In this document: one piece after another, positions 1-11,210 of the stretch
Layout of the letters: every line of letters begins with the position of its first letter
How positions within the stretch are numbered: the first letter of the stretch is position 1
NCBI GenBank assembly: GCA_964016885.1
Contig: OZ024743.1
Span: forward strand, 274,226,001 to 274,290,000
Length of the DNA stretch: 64,000 nt
Direction of reading: 5' to 3'
Source of the DNA: Eledone cirrhosa
Lineage: Eukaryota
The notes under the pieces: generated by a model
What the model saw: only the letters and a program-made list of their open reading frames with translations
Told to the model about the DNA's origin: nothing
Databases searched by the model: none
Translations under genes and position numbers: made by a program

Positions 1-52
1 CTAGTAAGATTGATAATTTTTATTACTATCGGTTTCTCCTCCCTGTCTTGTG

Positions 53-1363
53 TTATTTTGTTTGCCTGTATCTGTGTGCTGTGTCTAAAAAATGGTTGGG
101 GTAGAGGGGTTGTCTGCTGATGTTAAGTGGTCTCCTGTGTTTGTTATATTCCTTGTTGTTGTAAAATGTGGTTCGGGTTGGTGGTTGTAGATTGAATGGG
201 GTGTTCCTGTACTGCGAGTATGGGTGTGTGTTTCTATGTGCCATGTTGTATTGTGGTGTTATAAGTGGCCTACGTTGTTGGTTGTATCGTGTGGTGTGGG
301 TTTGTTGTGTATTGTGGAAGTGAGAGTTGAGAAAATGGTAATTACCTTGCTGTCCCCTTGAGGCGGGGAAGTTGTTGCATCTATCATGGCGGTGGTATCT
401 TTTCCCTATGTTTGACGATGAGGAATCCGCGTAGTAGTTGAGTGATTTGGTATGGTGTCTCCTTGAAGGGGGAAAGTTGTAAATGTCATTCTGGCGGAGA
501 TGATTTCTTGGGTTTTTGTTCCTTCTTATGGTAGCGAGGTTGGGAAGTTCATCTTCGGTGTGGTGCTTCCTTCTTCGTTTGTTTGAGGCTTGGGGGTTTG
601 AGAAGTTGTTGTGCGGTTCAGTTATGGGTTTTCCTATTTTTATGAACGGGTTATTGGAGGTGTAATCCGTTTGAAAAGTCGATTCATAGTGTAGGAACCA
701 AGCGGCACTTTTTTCCCAGCGTTGAAGGGATTTCAGTTCTTCTCTGTTGCAGTCCCCTTTCCATAATTTGGAGATCTTCTCTACCTTGGGGCCTTCAGTT
801 TTGTTGTTGATTTCCAGGAGGATCTCTTCATCGATGGTTTTGATTTTTTCCTCATTTGTCTGGGCCCTCAGTTTAAGAAGTTCAATTTCTGTCTTCATTT
901 TTTCCAATGCCATTCTTTCCCTAAGGTGTCTTTGAGGTTCGGGTTCATTTGGAATGGACTTTATTTGTAGTTTACGGGGGAGAGTTAGAGGGGTTGAGTT
1001 AAGCCATTTTTCATATATCTCTGCTTTGTTGTGATTTTGTATCATCTTCCAGAATGAGAACTTTCTGTCTCTGAGGGATTTGTTCCATTTTGGAATTGTT
1101 CGAATTTTCATTTTGTGTGAATCAATCTCACATGGTTCTTCGTTGGTTTTTCCTGGGTTGGTAGTAGTGAACATAGTTTGGATAGTATCGCAAAGGTTTT
1201 GGAGTTTGTCGCCGATTTCGGAGGGTTTGTATCCGGTGGCGGTTTCCTTATTTGTGGAGTCAAGTTTGTCGACCAGCAAAGATAGGTTGGTGTTGATTTT
1301 CTTGAGTTCCTGTAGGATCTCTTCATTTGAGTTGATGAGGGTTGTATCCGTTTTTGTTGGCAT
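53..1363 (-). CDS. Retroelement ORF1-like protein (coiled-coil N-terminal half; basic, N/H/R/Y-rich low-complexity C-terminal half), 436 aa from the first ATG
   Basis: The longest ORF in the window and the only long uninterrupted non-microsatellite one. ATG at 1363 (MPTKTDTT...). Heptad-like segments EEILQELKKINTNLSLLVDKL and ALEKMKTEIELLKLRAQTNEEKIKTIDEEI. A/C-rich coding strand typical of retroelements. Confidence 0.7.
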   Translation of the reverse strand: MPTKTDTTLINSNEEILQELKKINTNLSLLVDKLDSTNKETATGYKPSEIGDKLQNLCDTIQTMFTTTNPGKTNEEPCEIDSHKMKIRTIPKWNKSLRDRKFSFWKMIQNHNKAEIYEKWLNSTPLTLPRKLQIKSIPNEPEPQRHLRERMALEKMKTEIELLKLRAQTNEEKIKTIDEEILLEINNKTEGPKVEKISKLWKGDCNREELKSLQRWEKSAAWFLHYESTFQTDYTSNNPFIKIGKPITEPHNNFSNPQASNKRRRKHHTEDELPNLATIRRNKNPRNHLRQNDIYNFPPSRRHHTKSLNYYADSSSSNIGKRYHRHDRCNNFPASRGQQGNYHFLNSHFHNTQQTHTTRYNQQRRPLITPQYNMAHRNTHPYSQYRNTPFNLQPPTRTTFYNNKEYNKHRRPLNISRQPLYPNHFLDTAHRYRQTK

Positions 1364-1552
1364 TTTCTGTATCTCGTGTGAGGATATGATAGTTAAAAGA
1401 ATAGAGGTGTAACACACAAGTTATTATATATTGGTAAACGGAATAGAAAATGCTGACAAATTGTTCACAGTTGAAAAATGGTTTAATTAGGAATAAAAGA
1501 GTATTAGTGATTGTATGGGTTAGTATTCAGTTGTGGTTTTAAGTTTTTAAGT

Positions 1553-1589
1553 TTTTACCGGTTGCGCATTTCTAAATGCTTTTCAAAAA
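1553..1589 (-). ncRNA. Hammerhead-like motif (U3-A8 core, GCAA in place of GAAA) in the PLE 5' leader
   Basis: Minus strand reads TTT-TTGAAAA-GCATTT ag AAATGC-GCAA-CCGG-TA-AAA: stem II, palindromic stem III ACCGGT, GUA triplet. Stem I is only 3 bp. Confidence 0.45.
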
Positions 1590-1681
1590 TAATTTTGAGA
1601 TAGAGTGTCCGTGCTGTTTGCTCTGATCTGATTAGTTTTGGGAATTCTACCTGTTTTTATGTTAAAAAAATGGCTCCAGCG

Positions 1682-1734
1682 TTATTTATATATATATATA
1701 TATATATATACATACATATATATATATATATATG

Positions 1735-1777
<43 letters not shown>

Positions 1778-1800
1778 ATAAATATATATATATATGTATG

Positions 1801-1864
<64 letters not shown>

Positions 1865-1942
1865 AATATATATATATATATGTATGTATATAAATATATA
1901 TATATATATGTATGTATATAAATATATATATATAAATGTATG

Positions 1943-2001
<59 letters not shown>

Positions 2002-2040
2002 GTATATAAATATATATATATATATTTATATATATATAAG
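1682..2040. repeat. (TA)n / (TATG)n compound microsatellite
   Basis: Direct inspection. Confidence 0.98.
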
Positions 2041-2700
2041 TATGTACACATACATACATATATGTATACAGACGTACAGTAGTATGTATATATATATACA
2101 TACACGCACACATATATATATGTACGTATGGATTCACCGAACATTTATTATAATGCTCAGTGTGTTTGTAAACAAACACCCCGTATTAAGCCGCAGTGTC
2201 CAGCAACCACCGTTGCTCGTTTGTTCAACACTGACAAGGGAACGCTGTACTAGTTTCAAGCTTATTAGCTATCGTCAGCAACGTATACCTTCCTGCCAGA
2301 ATGTTGAACGTATATACTTACCTCATGCATATTAACGGCTGAGTAGCCCAATTTGCATATCGAGTGGGTTAATCGGCCGGGTGCACCGAAAACGATAAAC
2401 GGAAAAAATGAAACGAAATTTCATTTCCCACTCTTAGTACGGCTGTTACTTAAATATAACTATGTACACGTACATACATATATGTATACAGACGTACAGT
2501 AGTATGTATATATATATACATACACGCACACATATATATATGTACGTATGGATTCACCTAACATTTATTATAATGCTCGGTGTGTTTGTAAACAAACATC
2601 CCGTATTAAGCCATAGTGTCGAGCAACCATCGTTGCTCGTTTGTTCAACACTGACAAAGGAACGCTGTACTAGTTTAAAGTTTATTAGCTATCGTTGCTG
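2041..2700 (-). mobile_element. Family A HHR-bearing repeat, about 1.6 head-to-tail units, 420-nt period (retrozyme or PLE pseudo-LTR-like)
   Basis: 2041 tatgtacacatacatacatatatgtatacagacgtacag recurs at 2461. Homologous to 15355-15772, 48657-49897 and 62808-63425. Confidence 0.85.
2243..2283 (-). ncRNA. Minimal type I hammerhead ribozyme (family A)
   Basis: Minus strand: CGTTG-CTGACGA-tAGCT aata AGCTt-GAAA-CTAG-TA-CAGCG. Canonical core, palindromic stem III ACTAGT, GUA cleavage triplet. Confidence 0.85.
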
Positions 2701-2759
2701 ATCTCCCTATTTATTAACTATTATATATATATATTTTTTTTATATTTTTGTTTATTTAC

Positions 2760-3270
2760 TTCCATCAAGATTTTAACTAGCAGGGCGTTTCTGGCAGGGC
2801 GACTAGCAGTAAACTATAACCGTGTCATATTACAACCTGGATGGGGGTGATTGTTTCGTTGGGGTGTGAGGGGACCTGCCTAGGCAAGTTTCGTAGAGTT
2901 TTGAGGTAGTAGATGGTCAGCTTCCTTCGGTCTTGCGTCTGCGCAAACCAGTGGGGGTGAATTGGGACTCACAAAGGAACAGGTGAAAGATTCAAGAACA
3001 CCCGCATTTTCCGTTCCCTTGTCGATTCAATTTGGATTGCCTCGGTAACATAACCTTATTATGTAAGAAGCTGTCTGATGATGTCACAGCACTTTGTACA
3101 CCGAACCGTGTCGCCACTGTCGTCATTGAAATATGTATCACAGCATTATCATTAAAGGACTTTAACATCTGAAACTACTTTACATTTTCCTATTCTAAAT
3201 ATACTCCGTCACTCCTGTGTGGAAAATTTACGTTGAGTGCTTGATTTGAATTGCATCAATATTTACCTTA
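2760..3270 (+). mobile_element. Probable PLE pseudo-LTR fragment carrying an HHR
   Basis: GC-richer island ending in (TA)n at about 3273, containing the HHR at 3070-3144. Confidence 0.5.
3070..3144 (+). ncRNA. Type I hammerhead ribozyme with long stem/loop II
   Basis: GCTGT-CTGATGA-tgtcacag...ctgtcgtcatt-GAAA-TATGTA-TC-ACAGC. Stem I GCTGT/ACAGC, near-palindromic stem III, AUC triplet. Confidence 0.7.
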
Positions 3271-3271
3271 A

Positions 3272-3332
<61 letters not shown>

Positions 3333-3335
<3 letters not shown>

Positions 3336-3620
3336 GGTGTGGGATGCTTAAAGCGTCCGTAAGCAGTATGTCGTTTGAGCACTCGATTCTCTTACAGAGC
3401 AGAGTATAATATCACATAAGAAACGGAGAATCAGTGGTGCGACGAATAAAATGTATTAGGCATATTACAATCGTTTCTGTGGCGACCAGCTCGAGGCACG
3501 ATCGATGCAATGATCAAACATGACTCTGAAATCGTAATATCCTCAGATATGTCTCGATTCTTAGAACAGAGTTTGGAAACTCTGCTTCATAGAATCGTGA
3601 CATATCTGATGATCTTGTAT
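3333..3620 (-). mobile_element. Family E repeat (PLE pseudo-LTR-like, degenerate HHR-like motif)
   Basis: Shares gagcactc...ttacagagcag...atcagtg...gtttc...ctcgag blocks with 14571-14935, 19010-19322, 32140-32310, 47425-47870 and 61636-61800. Confidence 0.6.
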
Positions 3621-3649
3621 ATATATAAGATCGTGTATATATATATATA

Positions 3650-3797
3650 AGAAAATGAGTTGTTGTTTTTTTAAATTAAATAAAAACGAGATGTCCTACA
3701 GGAGTGAAAGTATAAGGAAAAAAGATACTGGTTTCACAGTTCTTTTGCTTTTCAAAAGTAGAGTTGAGATGGAGGGTTTGGGGTTTTTCTCGCATCT
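3650..3797 (-). repeat. Family J repeat fragment
   Basis: aaggaaaaaagat...actggtttcacagttctt-tgcttttcaaaa matches 26212-26505. Confidence 0.65.
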
Positions 3798-3821
3798 GTA
3801 TATATATATATATATATATAC

Positions 3822-3926
<105 letters not shown>

Positions 3927-4752
3927 GGAAGGGTGTGTGTGCGTTGGCGTAGAGTAACATATACATTCACGCATACATGTGTATGTGTATATATATATAT
4001 ATATATATATGCGTGAATGTATATGTTACTCTACGGCAACGGACACACACCCTTCCTCACGTACACATGCACAAACATATTTTTGTGTGCGTGCATGTCA
4101 ATACATACATACATAATACATACACACATAGTTCCATAGATGTACATTATGTGTGTGCGTGTGTGTGTGCGCATAAACTACTAGGAGAACCCCGGATCGC
4201 TTAGCTTGTTACAATGGAAGTCGTATCTAATATATGTATTGTGTTAATCTATCAGTAAATACAAAGTATTCTGATTTCCCGCTGAGTGAGGTATTCATTT
4301 AATAATTATAATTATCAAGGTGTTGTTGATGTAGCAAAGACTTGACAGAAACATAGCTACAGATCTCTGTATTGCTGAGGTATTTCAGTTTCTCTTCTAA
4401 GGTCCTGCTTTAATATCACGCTGTGTATTGACTTTGCCTATTATTCCCCCAAGCTCGATAAACTTACCATAAAGACTATGTTGGGATGTAATCAACCGAC
4501 AGCGGTGATCTAACTAATTGCCTGGACGTGTTCAGTTTCGCTCCTCGGCTTAAGAAAAACGTATGTATACCTAATATAGAAGCAAGATGACGGAACGACA
4601 GAAACAGAAAACTATTGTTCTAAATGTTGTTGCTTCTGTTTTTTCTGCTTTATCCACTGAATAAACTTTGTTCTTCATAATTTAAAAATAAAATTCTCAC
4701 CATATATGTTGTCTGTTTTATTTAGTTTGAATTTTCTTTTATTTTCTTACAG

Positions 4753-4843
4753 ATGTCTCTCAAAAATATACGGCATGACAGCTTTCAAAGAACTGTGTCC
4801 ATTTGCCAAGGAATTACATTCGCAGATTGTGACAGCCATAAAG
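4753..4843 (+). CDS. Candidate internal exon of an unidentified host gene (CLSKIYGMTAFKELCPFAKELHSQIVTAIK)
   Basis: Strong acceptor ttttattttcttacAG at 4751-52, donor AAG/GTAACA at 4844, open frame, non-repetitive sequence. Family not recognised. Confidence 0.45.
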
Positions 4844-6787
4844 GTAACAATGATTATTTTTTTACTATTTTCACAACTACTATATTTAGCGTATTTCTTT
4901 TTCTTTTAAACACGTCACTGATTCAGTGAAATATGTTGTCAAGTTATATTAGATTAACACTATTTACACTATTGAATCAAGTCTGTATCCAAATTACACT
5001 TAACCATTTTCCGTTGAGTAGAATTCCTCATATGCCATTCGATTCGATATTTCTTAACTAGACTCAGAAATGCGACTGACACAATGTTTAGCGTTATTTT
5101 ATTACATCAGTAACGATAGGTGTCAAAATTATTCCGCGTTCAACTTTGCCTTTCATACGATCTCGATCAATTAAGTGCGAGGTCTTAATTTGATTTGACT
5201 GCTATCTTTGCCAGTCACCCTCATCCACAGAATGCGTGATTTTGTGCCTATGTTAGAAAGCGGCATTACGAGAATTTAGAATATTTGTCCGACTAATAAA
5301 AAGCGCTAAAGTAAATTCCTTCCCAAATACATTTTGTCAGTTCTCTACGAGTTCAAACTTCACTTGCGCCGACATTACATTTCAGTATTCCCGGTTAATC
5401 AAAGCTCCAAAGTAAATAACATACTCAATAGATTTGCTTTCTATAATATGCATTCAAATCCCGCGTGTGTTTATTTAGCATTTAATCGACTCCTGGTCAA
5501 TAAAATAAAATCATGAATAAGTTTTATTCTATATAACTTTCGTCAAATTTCTATCTGTCTAAATTGAAGGAAAGCTCACTGGGTTTTTCAATATATGGCG
5601 TGTAATTTGTTTCTCGTTATTTTTCTGTACCATTCTAACGGGAAGATGTTTTAGGGAGATACATTTGGCAGTCTGAATCCGGAAGCTTGAAGCCGGAAGT
5701 AATGTAAATTTATGGGAGAGGGTCGTGTTTGCGACTCGTTCAATCCAACGCCAGTGTAATCTTCGTCTGACTCTAAAGAGTAATTAGAATATGCTGATAG
5801 AGTACGCTATTTAATTCGAACAGTAATCAGTTAACCAAACATTTGGTGCAGTGATGAGAAATTAGCTGGTTCATAAACAGGACACCAAAATATACTTAAT
5901 GTATTCGTTTCTATCCCAGTACCTTCTGATTTTCCCAGCAGCTCGGGAAAAACACTTATTTCAAATGAGAGTGGGGACGACGAGTGATTTAATCAGCCTG
6001 GTCATAATGTCCATAGAAAACCTAATCAAATATAAACATTTGCGATTGTCTTCGAACACACAAACATACAAAGATATCCTGTACGTCTTTCACAGTTTAT
6101 TTACTTTTCATCCACCCACGAAGAGACCTTATAAAAACTGTTCATCTGTTGGTGTTTCAGAAGTGCTAGTTAATAGCACATTGCATCTGTCTTCTAGACT
6201 ATTGGCTCTATTTCTCTGTCAAGCTTTATGACTTCAACAAAGTTACTGTTTAAGTATATAAATTCTGCGGCTTACTCAAGCAGCTGTTAAGTGGTATGCC
6301 CTACTGAGATTGCATCTGTTTTCCTCTGCTCATCAATTTTTCATAATTTTAAAAACTTCTATTTAGACTGATTGTACGTCTTCTTCTAAAAATTAAAACA
6401 AAATTGGAAATATATGAATAGAGATGATTTTTACTTTCATTTGCATCTATTGAGTAAGAGACACACTTTTTCTCACTCACATATAAAAATGCATTATTTC
6501 ATTCTTTTGATGATTTCAATTATTGGAGTGCTGGGGCATGGCCTTGATTTAGTATATATCTATCTATTTACGTGTGTATGTATATATATATATGTGTGTG
6601 TGTGTGTGCTGTGTGTGTGTGTGTATGTGTGTGTACGTGTGTGTGTGTATGTGTGTGTGTGTGTGTGTATGCGTGCACAGCACACTATTTTAAATCATAA
6701 GACTTAATATTAAAACAGAAACGTTGTAAATATATTTTATTCTCTTTGTACACAGAAAATTACACATATTACCTTTACTTGTTTCAG

Positions 6788-6847
6788 AGATCTTTAGCCG
6801 TTCGTCAGAAGAGAGTGTATATCAAATACAGTCAAGAATTTGACTGA
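6788..6847 (+). CDS. Candidate terminal coding exon (RSLAVRQKRVYIKYSQEFD*)
   Basis: Acceptor tttacttgtttcAG, phase-compatible with the 4753-4843 exon. AATAAA follows at about 6967. Confidence 0.3.
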   Translation, partial: RSLAVRQKRVYIKYSQEFD

Positions 6848-7210
6848 AATAACGACTCTAGATTGCTTGACGTGCATTTGATGGTGATGTGATTAACTAA
6901 AACATAAAAATTTAAGCACAACACAACGTATACTACAGAATGTATACAGAACTTGTTTGGGTTTGAAATAAACTTTCTTCGTAGGTAGATGAACATTCAA
7001 TATTTTGTAAAAGGCAGGAAGAAAATCATTGTATTTTTATGTATGCATATCCAATAGCAATAATTTATATTTGATTGCGTTTTCCCACACATATATGTAC
7101 GTATGTTACTTTAGAAATGTGTGTGTGAAGCGCCGAATGAATGGGTGGGATAGGCTGGCATAATGGTGTATGTTCTAGATTTTTGTTTAATAAAATATTT
7201 CTTCCGCAAA

Positions 7211-7301
<91 letters not shown>

Positions 7302-8039
7302 CATACATATAATCTGCTGGTCAGCTGCCATTATTAATCGATTTATTCACAAATGCGATCTTATTTCCTCGTTCATAAACTGAATCATATTTCGCAGTAT
7401 CTTTTTGATATGCTCTACGGTTGCGTCCGGTCTTTAACTCCTAATAGATCTTAGAATAGCATCTCTGCTGCCATTATTATTGTTGCTATTATTATAAAAA
7501 TTGGAAGAAATCCTCGAGTTATAACAATGATTGCTTTCATATTAATTGAAGCATGATCCAGTGTAGTCCACAGAAATAACTCTTCAGTAATTATCGTCCA
7601 CGCCATGACAACTTTTTTCTCATGTGTATATACTAAAGTTGATAGTTCATCTTTCAATTGTACAAAAAAGTAAAACAACAAAACCTATGCACGTGTTAAA
7701 TAGTGAATTCTTCAGGTTTTTCTCTGCATAACATTATCAATTATGTGTCCATAACTGCTAACATCAAAGTCTGGAATCCACTTTGGTTGGTGAATATCAA
7801 ATTTTCTCGGTTTCTCTTCCTTTTATCAACTGATATCTAATGGCTTTGTTATTATTAAGGGTGGTGAGATGCCAGAATCGTTAGAGAGTAAAAGAAATTC
7901 CCTTGTTGTATTTAGCCACTGCTCTTTACAATTATTTATTTTTTATTCATCTTTTTTTTATAAATTAAATTAACTACCAGTCGAAAAAAAGCTCTCTCAT
8001 GATTTGACTTTGTACTTATGTAAATATAAAGGGAGGCAA

Positions 8040-8260
8040 AGAGCGATGGATTCATAAAACCTTAGCATGGAGGACAAAATATTTACAGTATCTAGCTACG
8101 GTATTTTACATTCTGAGTTCATATCTCGCCAAGTTCAACTCTTCTTTTCATGTTTCTTGGGTCGATAAGATAAAGTACTGTTCATGTTCTCGAGTTTCCC
8201 TCCTTTTAGATTGTTAACCTTTTGTCTAAATTAGAAATCAATAGTAAAGGAGACAAGTTG
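8040..8260 (+). mobile_element. tRNA-derived SINE with Meta-type central domain (degenerate)
   Basis: ttctgagttca (B-box-like) ... ttttcat ... gggtcgataa-ataaagtac, matching the other SINE copies. Confidence 0.65.
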
Positions 8261-8889
8261 GTAGACAGGTTTAGTGAATTGCAGTAGTATAATCGACTAA
8301 GCACCTCCATCAAAATATGCTTTTCTTCCAATTTTGTAATTGTGGCCTAGCAACTAACGTGTTCTACTTACAATCTTAAGGTTATAAATTTGATTCCTGG
8401 CAATGCATTGGATCATAGAGCAAGACACTTTATTTCGCGTACTCCAGTCCACTAGGCTAGCAAAAAGAGGTGCGATTTATATATCAAAGGGTCAACCTTG
8501 TCATATATTGTGGCGAGCTGTATCTCCCGGAGAACTGAATTAAGGTTTCGTGTATCCGGCGAATGCTCATTTGCACATTGAAGAGAATATGTGTACTTGA
8601 GCTGGTCGTTCCGTTGAACGCTCATCGTGGGAAACGAGCAAGTCCAACAACAACAAATCAAGATTTTAAATATTGTTTCTGTAAATTGAATCCTGCCCTC
8701 CAATGTTATAGCATAGTGCAAGGTGCGATCTCTCTCGATTGTTGTAGTCGAAATAATGGCGATTATATGCCAGAGTGGTTTCAAGATAAACTTGAAAACA
8801 TAAGCATGTGGCTCATATGTTAATGAAGTTGTCGTGTAGATGTTGAAAAATACAACTGTAACATTCAACAGGGTATGCAACGAAGAGTT

Positions 8890-9200
8890 TAGAAATTGGC
8901 TATGCAATCATAAAGTCCTGGGTTTGATCCCACTGTATTGTATCTTGAGCAAGAGTCATTAAACATTGCCTCCGGATGACGCGAGCTTTCTGGGTGAAAT
9001 TGAGTATTTGGAAGCCCAATGGATGGGCTGTACTTCTAATGCAAAAGGCCAGCTTTATCCCAATGTGTCATACTGAAATTCTTTGAGATTTACGTCAAGA
9101 GTCGTGTCTGGAATAATCAGCTGCTTCTACGTTAAGTTCAAGAATAGGTTATGTTATTCTTCAAATAACTTAATCACTAATCGTTGAAACTGACAGAGTT
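8890..9200 (+). mobile_element. Second SINE family (cephalopod OR/OK-like, degenerate)
   Basis: gtcctgggtttgatcccactgt...cttgagcaagagtc head, similar to 39200-39480. Confidence 0.45.
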
Positions 9201-11067
9201 CTATTCCATAATTTCTATAGATTTAGTTGAACCCATTGTCATCAATCGCTGTCGCGAGGCAGTAGCCTTTGTTGCTCGACTCCAAATCAAATCTGAGTGA
9301 GCAGACCTTTGGGAACCTAAAGCCAGCCATGACCAATCCATCATATCTAGTGCTACATTATTCAATGTGTATTTTCCGTTTTTAATTTAACATAGTAAGG
9401 GGAAATTTAAACGAAAGTTTGCCGCAATGTCTCGCAAATAATGTCACCACATAGATATTTCATTGTTTGTTCCAGTCATATATTTACTTGTGTTTATATT
9501 CTGAATTATTAATTCGGTGTTGCAGATTTGTCGTTAGAAATGACAAATCTGCCACGACATTATGAATTTATTACATCCATATTAGAATTTATAAGATAGA
9601 CACATATTTTGGTTGTTTTCTACTATAACGCCTTACTGAAACAAAAGTAAAACTTTAAGAAGTGAAGTGAGAAGCTGAAATGGCGGAATGCACTTTGTAT
9701 CTGTATATGTGCCGATATCAAAATATGTTTATATATTATGTATTAAAGTTTTACCTAATAATTGATAATAGGAGAACGAAGTTTCAAATAATTAAAGTAT
9801 AAACAAAGTTTCATACACTTAAAATGTATATGCTATCAATGGTTTCGGGGTCCAGTCATGGCCACCTCTGTATAATGGAGGGGGCACTTTAAAGCTGGCC
9901 CTTTATTCAGGTGCGTGAACAAAAATATGAAAAAAGGAAGTTGTTGTCCCTAGACTACATCTCCATGAGAATTGTGGAGACGTATATTTGAAACAAGGGA
10001 TGCAAATCTGCCCCGAAATTTGTCTGTATTCGAATTTATCAAAACTTTCTAGAGCTATTCTGTCCAGTGGGTAAAGGGAAGCGACTGATAAATTGATAAG
10101 GTACTTTGTAAATAGTTATGTAAACGGACACATGTACACGCCCACACGCGCGCACACACACATACACACACGGACACAGATGACGAATAATTAAGATTTA
10201 AAAATGCAATAGATATGCATTTGCGCTCATACATGTATAGATTTACACTCAACTGTTCGGGTAACTATATATGCATACATACACAAATGTACATACCCAA
10301 ATACATGCATATATATATATTTACATTCGCAAACATGCATATTCACTCAAAATTTGTGTTTTTATGAGGGCTTCACTAATTTTAAGATCAGACGTTGGCA
10401 TTGATTCAAATTGAAAAAATTACAATGGCAGAAGCACTCTACCACAGTGATTTCATATAGAAAACAAAGGCAAGGTAGCAAACAATTAATAAATCGAAAT
10501 AGAATTTAAAAAAGTGAGGAGGTTCAACTTACAATTTAAATGCAGTCGCCTGGGAGTTAAAATAATTATGGCATGAGGCTTATCGAACAGACTGGAAACG
10601 GCTTCGGTCGTGTCCTCACTCACTCAATACTCTAATTAAGTCCGTATTATTAAAATGTGAACCCAACCGATTAGAGTATACACATATGTTAATCAGTGAG
10701 TACAACGACTACGTGTGAGTAGGAAAATTGAGATACCCAGACCGATGCATTGGTTTCTATGATTCTGATCTGCAAGCGGTGGTCCGCGTGAAACCACCAT
10801 GTGCAGAAATAAGGTAGTGTTAGTATGCATATACATTTAAGATGCCAGAATGGAATTTTTAAAATCATTTCTTTTACACATGGTTCAATACAATATACTT
10901 AATATTGATGTTATGTCCAAATTAATAAAAAGAGGAGAAATATAGCGGATAAAAAACCATTATCAAATAATGTTTATCATCAGAAGTACTATAAATGATC
11001 ACTAAATTTACCTGAATTCGGCAACCTTAGAAAATATGATATACCATTTTTCGGCAACTCGATTTGA

Positions 11068-11210
11068 ACTCAGAAATCCCGCCGAGGTTATCTTTGCCTT
11101 TTATCCTTATGGGGTCGATAAAATAAAGTACCAGTAATGCACTGAGGTCGATTTCATTGACTTCCCCCTCCCCTCAAATTGTTGGTCTTGTGCCTAAATC
11201 AGAAATCATT
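11068..11210 (+). mobile_element. Meta-domain SINE copy
   Basis: aaatcccgccgaggttatctttgcctttt-atccttatggggtcgataaaataaagtaccagtaatgcactg. Confidence 0.8.

Larger units (their letters stand above)
1..1681 (-). mobile_element. 5' portion of a probable two-ORF Penelope-like retroelement, running off the left window edge
   Basis: Intact 436-aa ORF1. The -1 frame continues to ...KPIVIKIINLT at the edge, resembling the (V/I)INLS motif that opens many PLE RT regions. HHR-like motif and candidate intron in the 5' leader. The 5' end abuts (TA)n at 1682. Confidence 0.65.
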
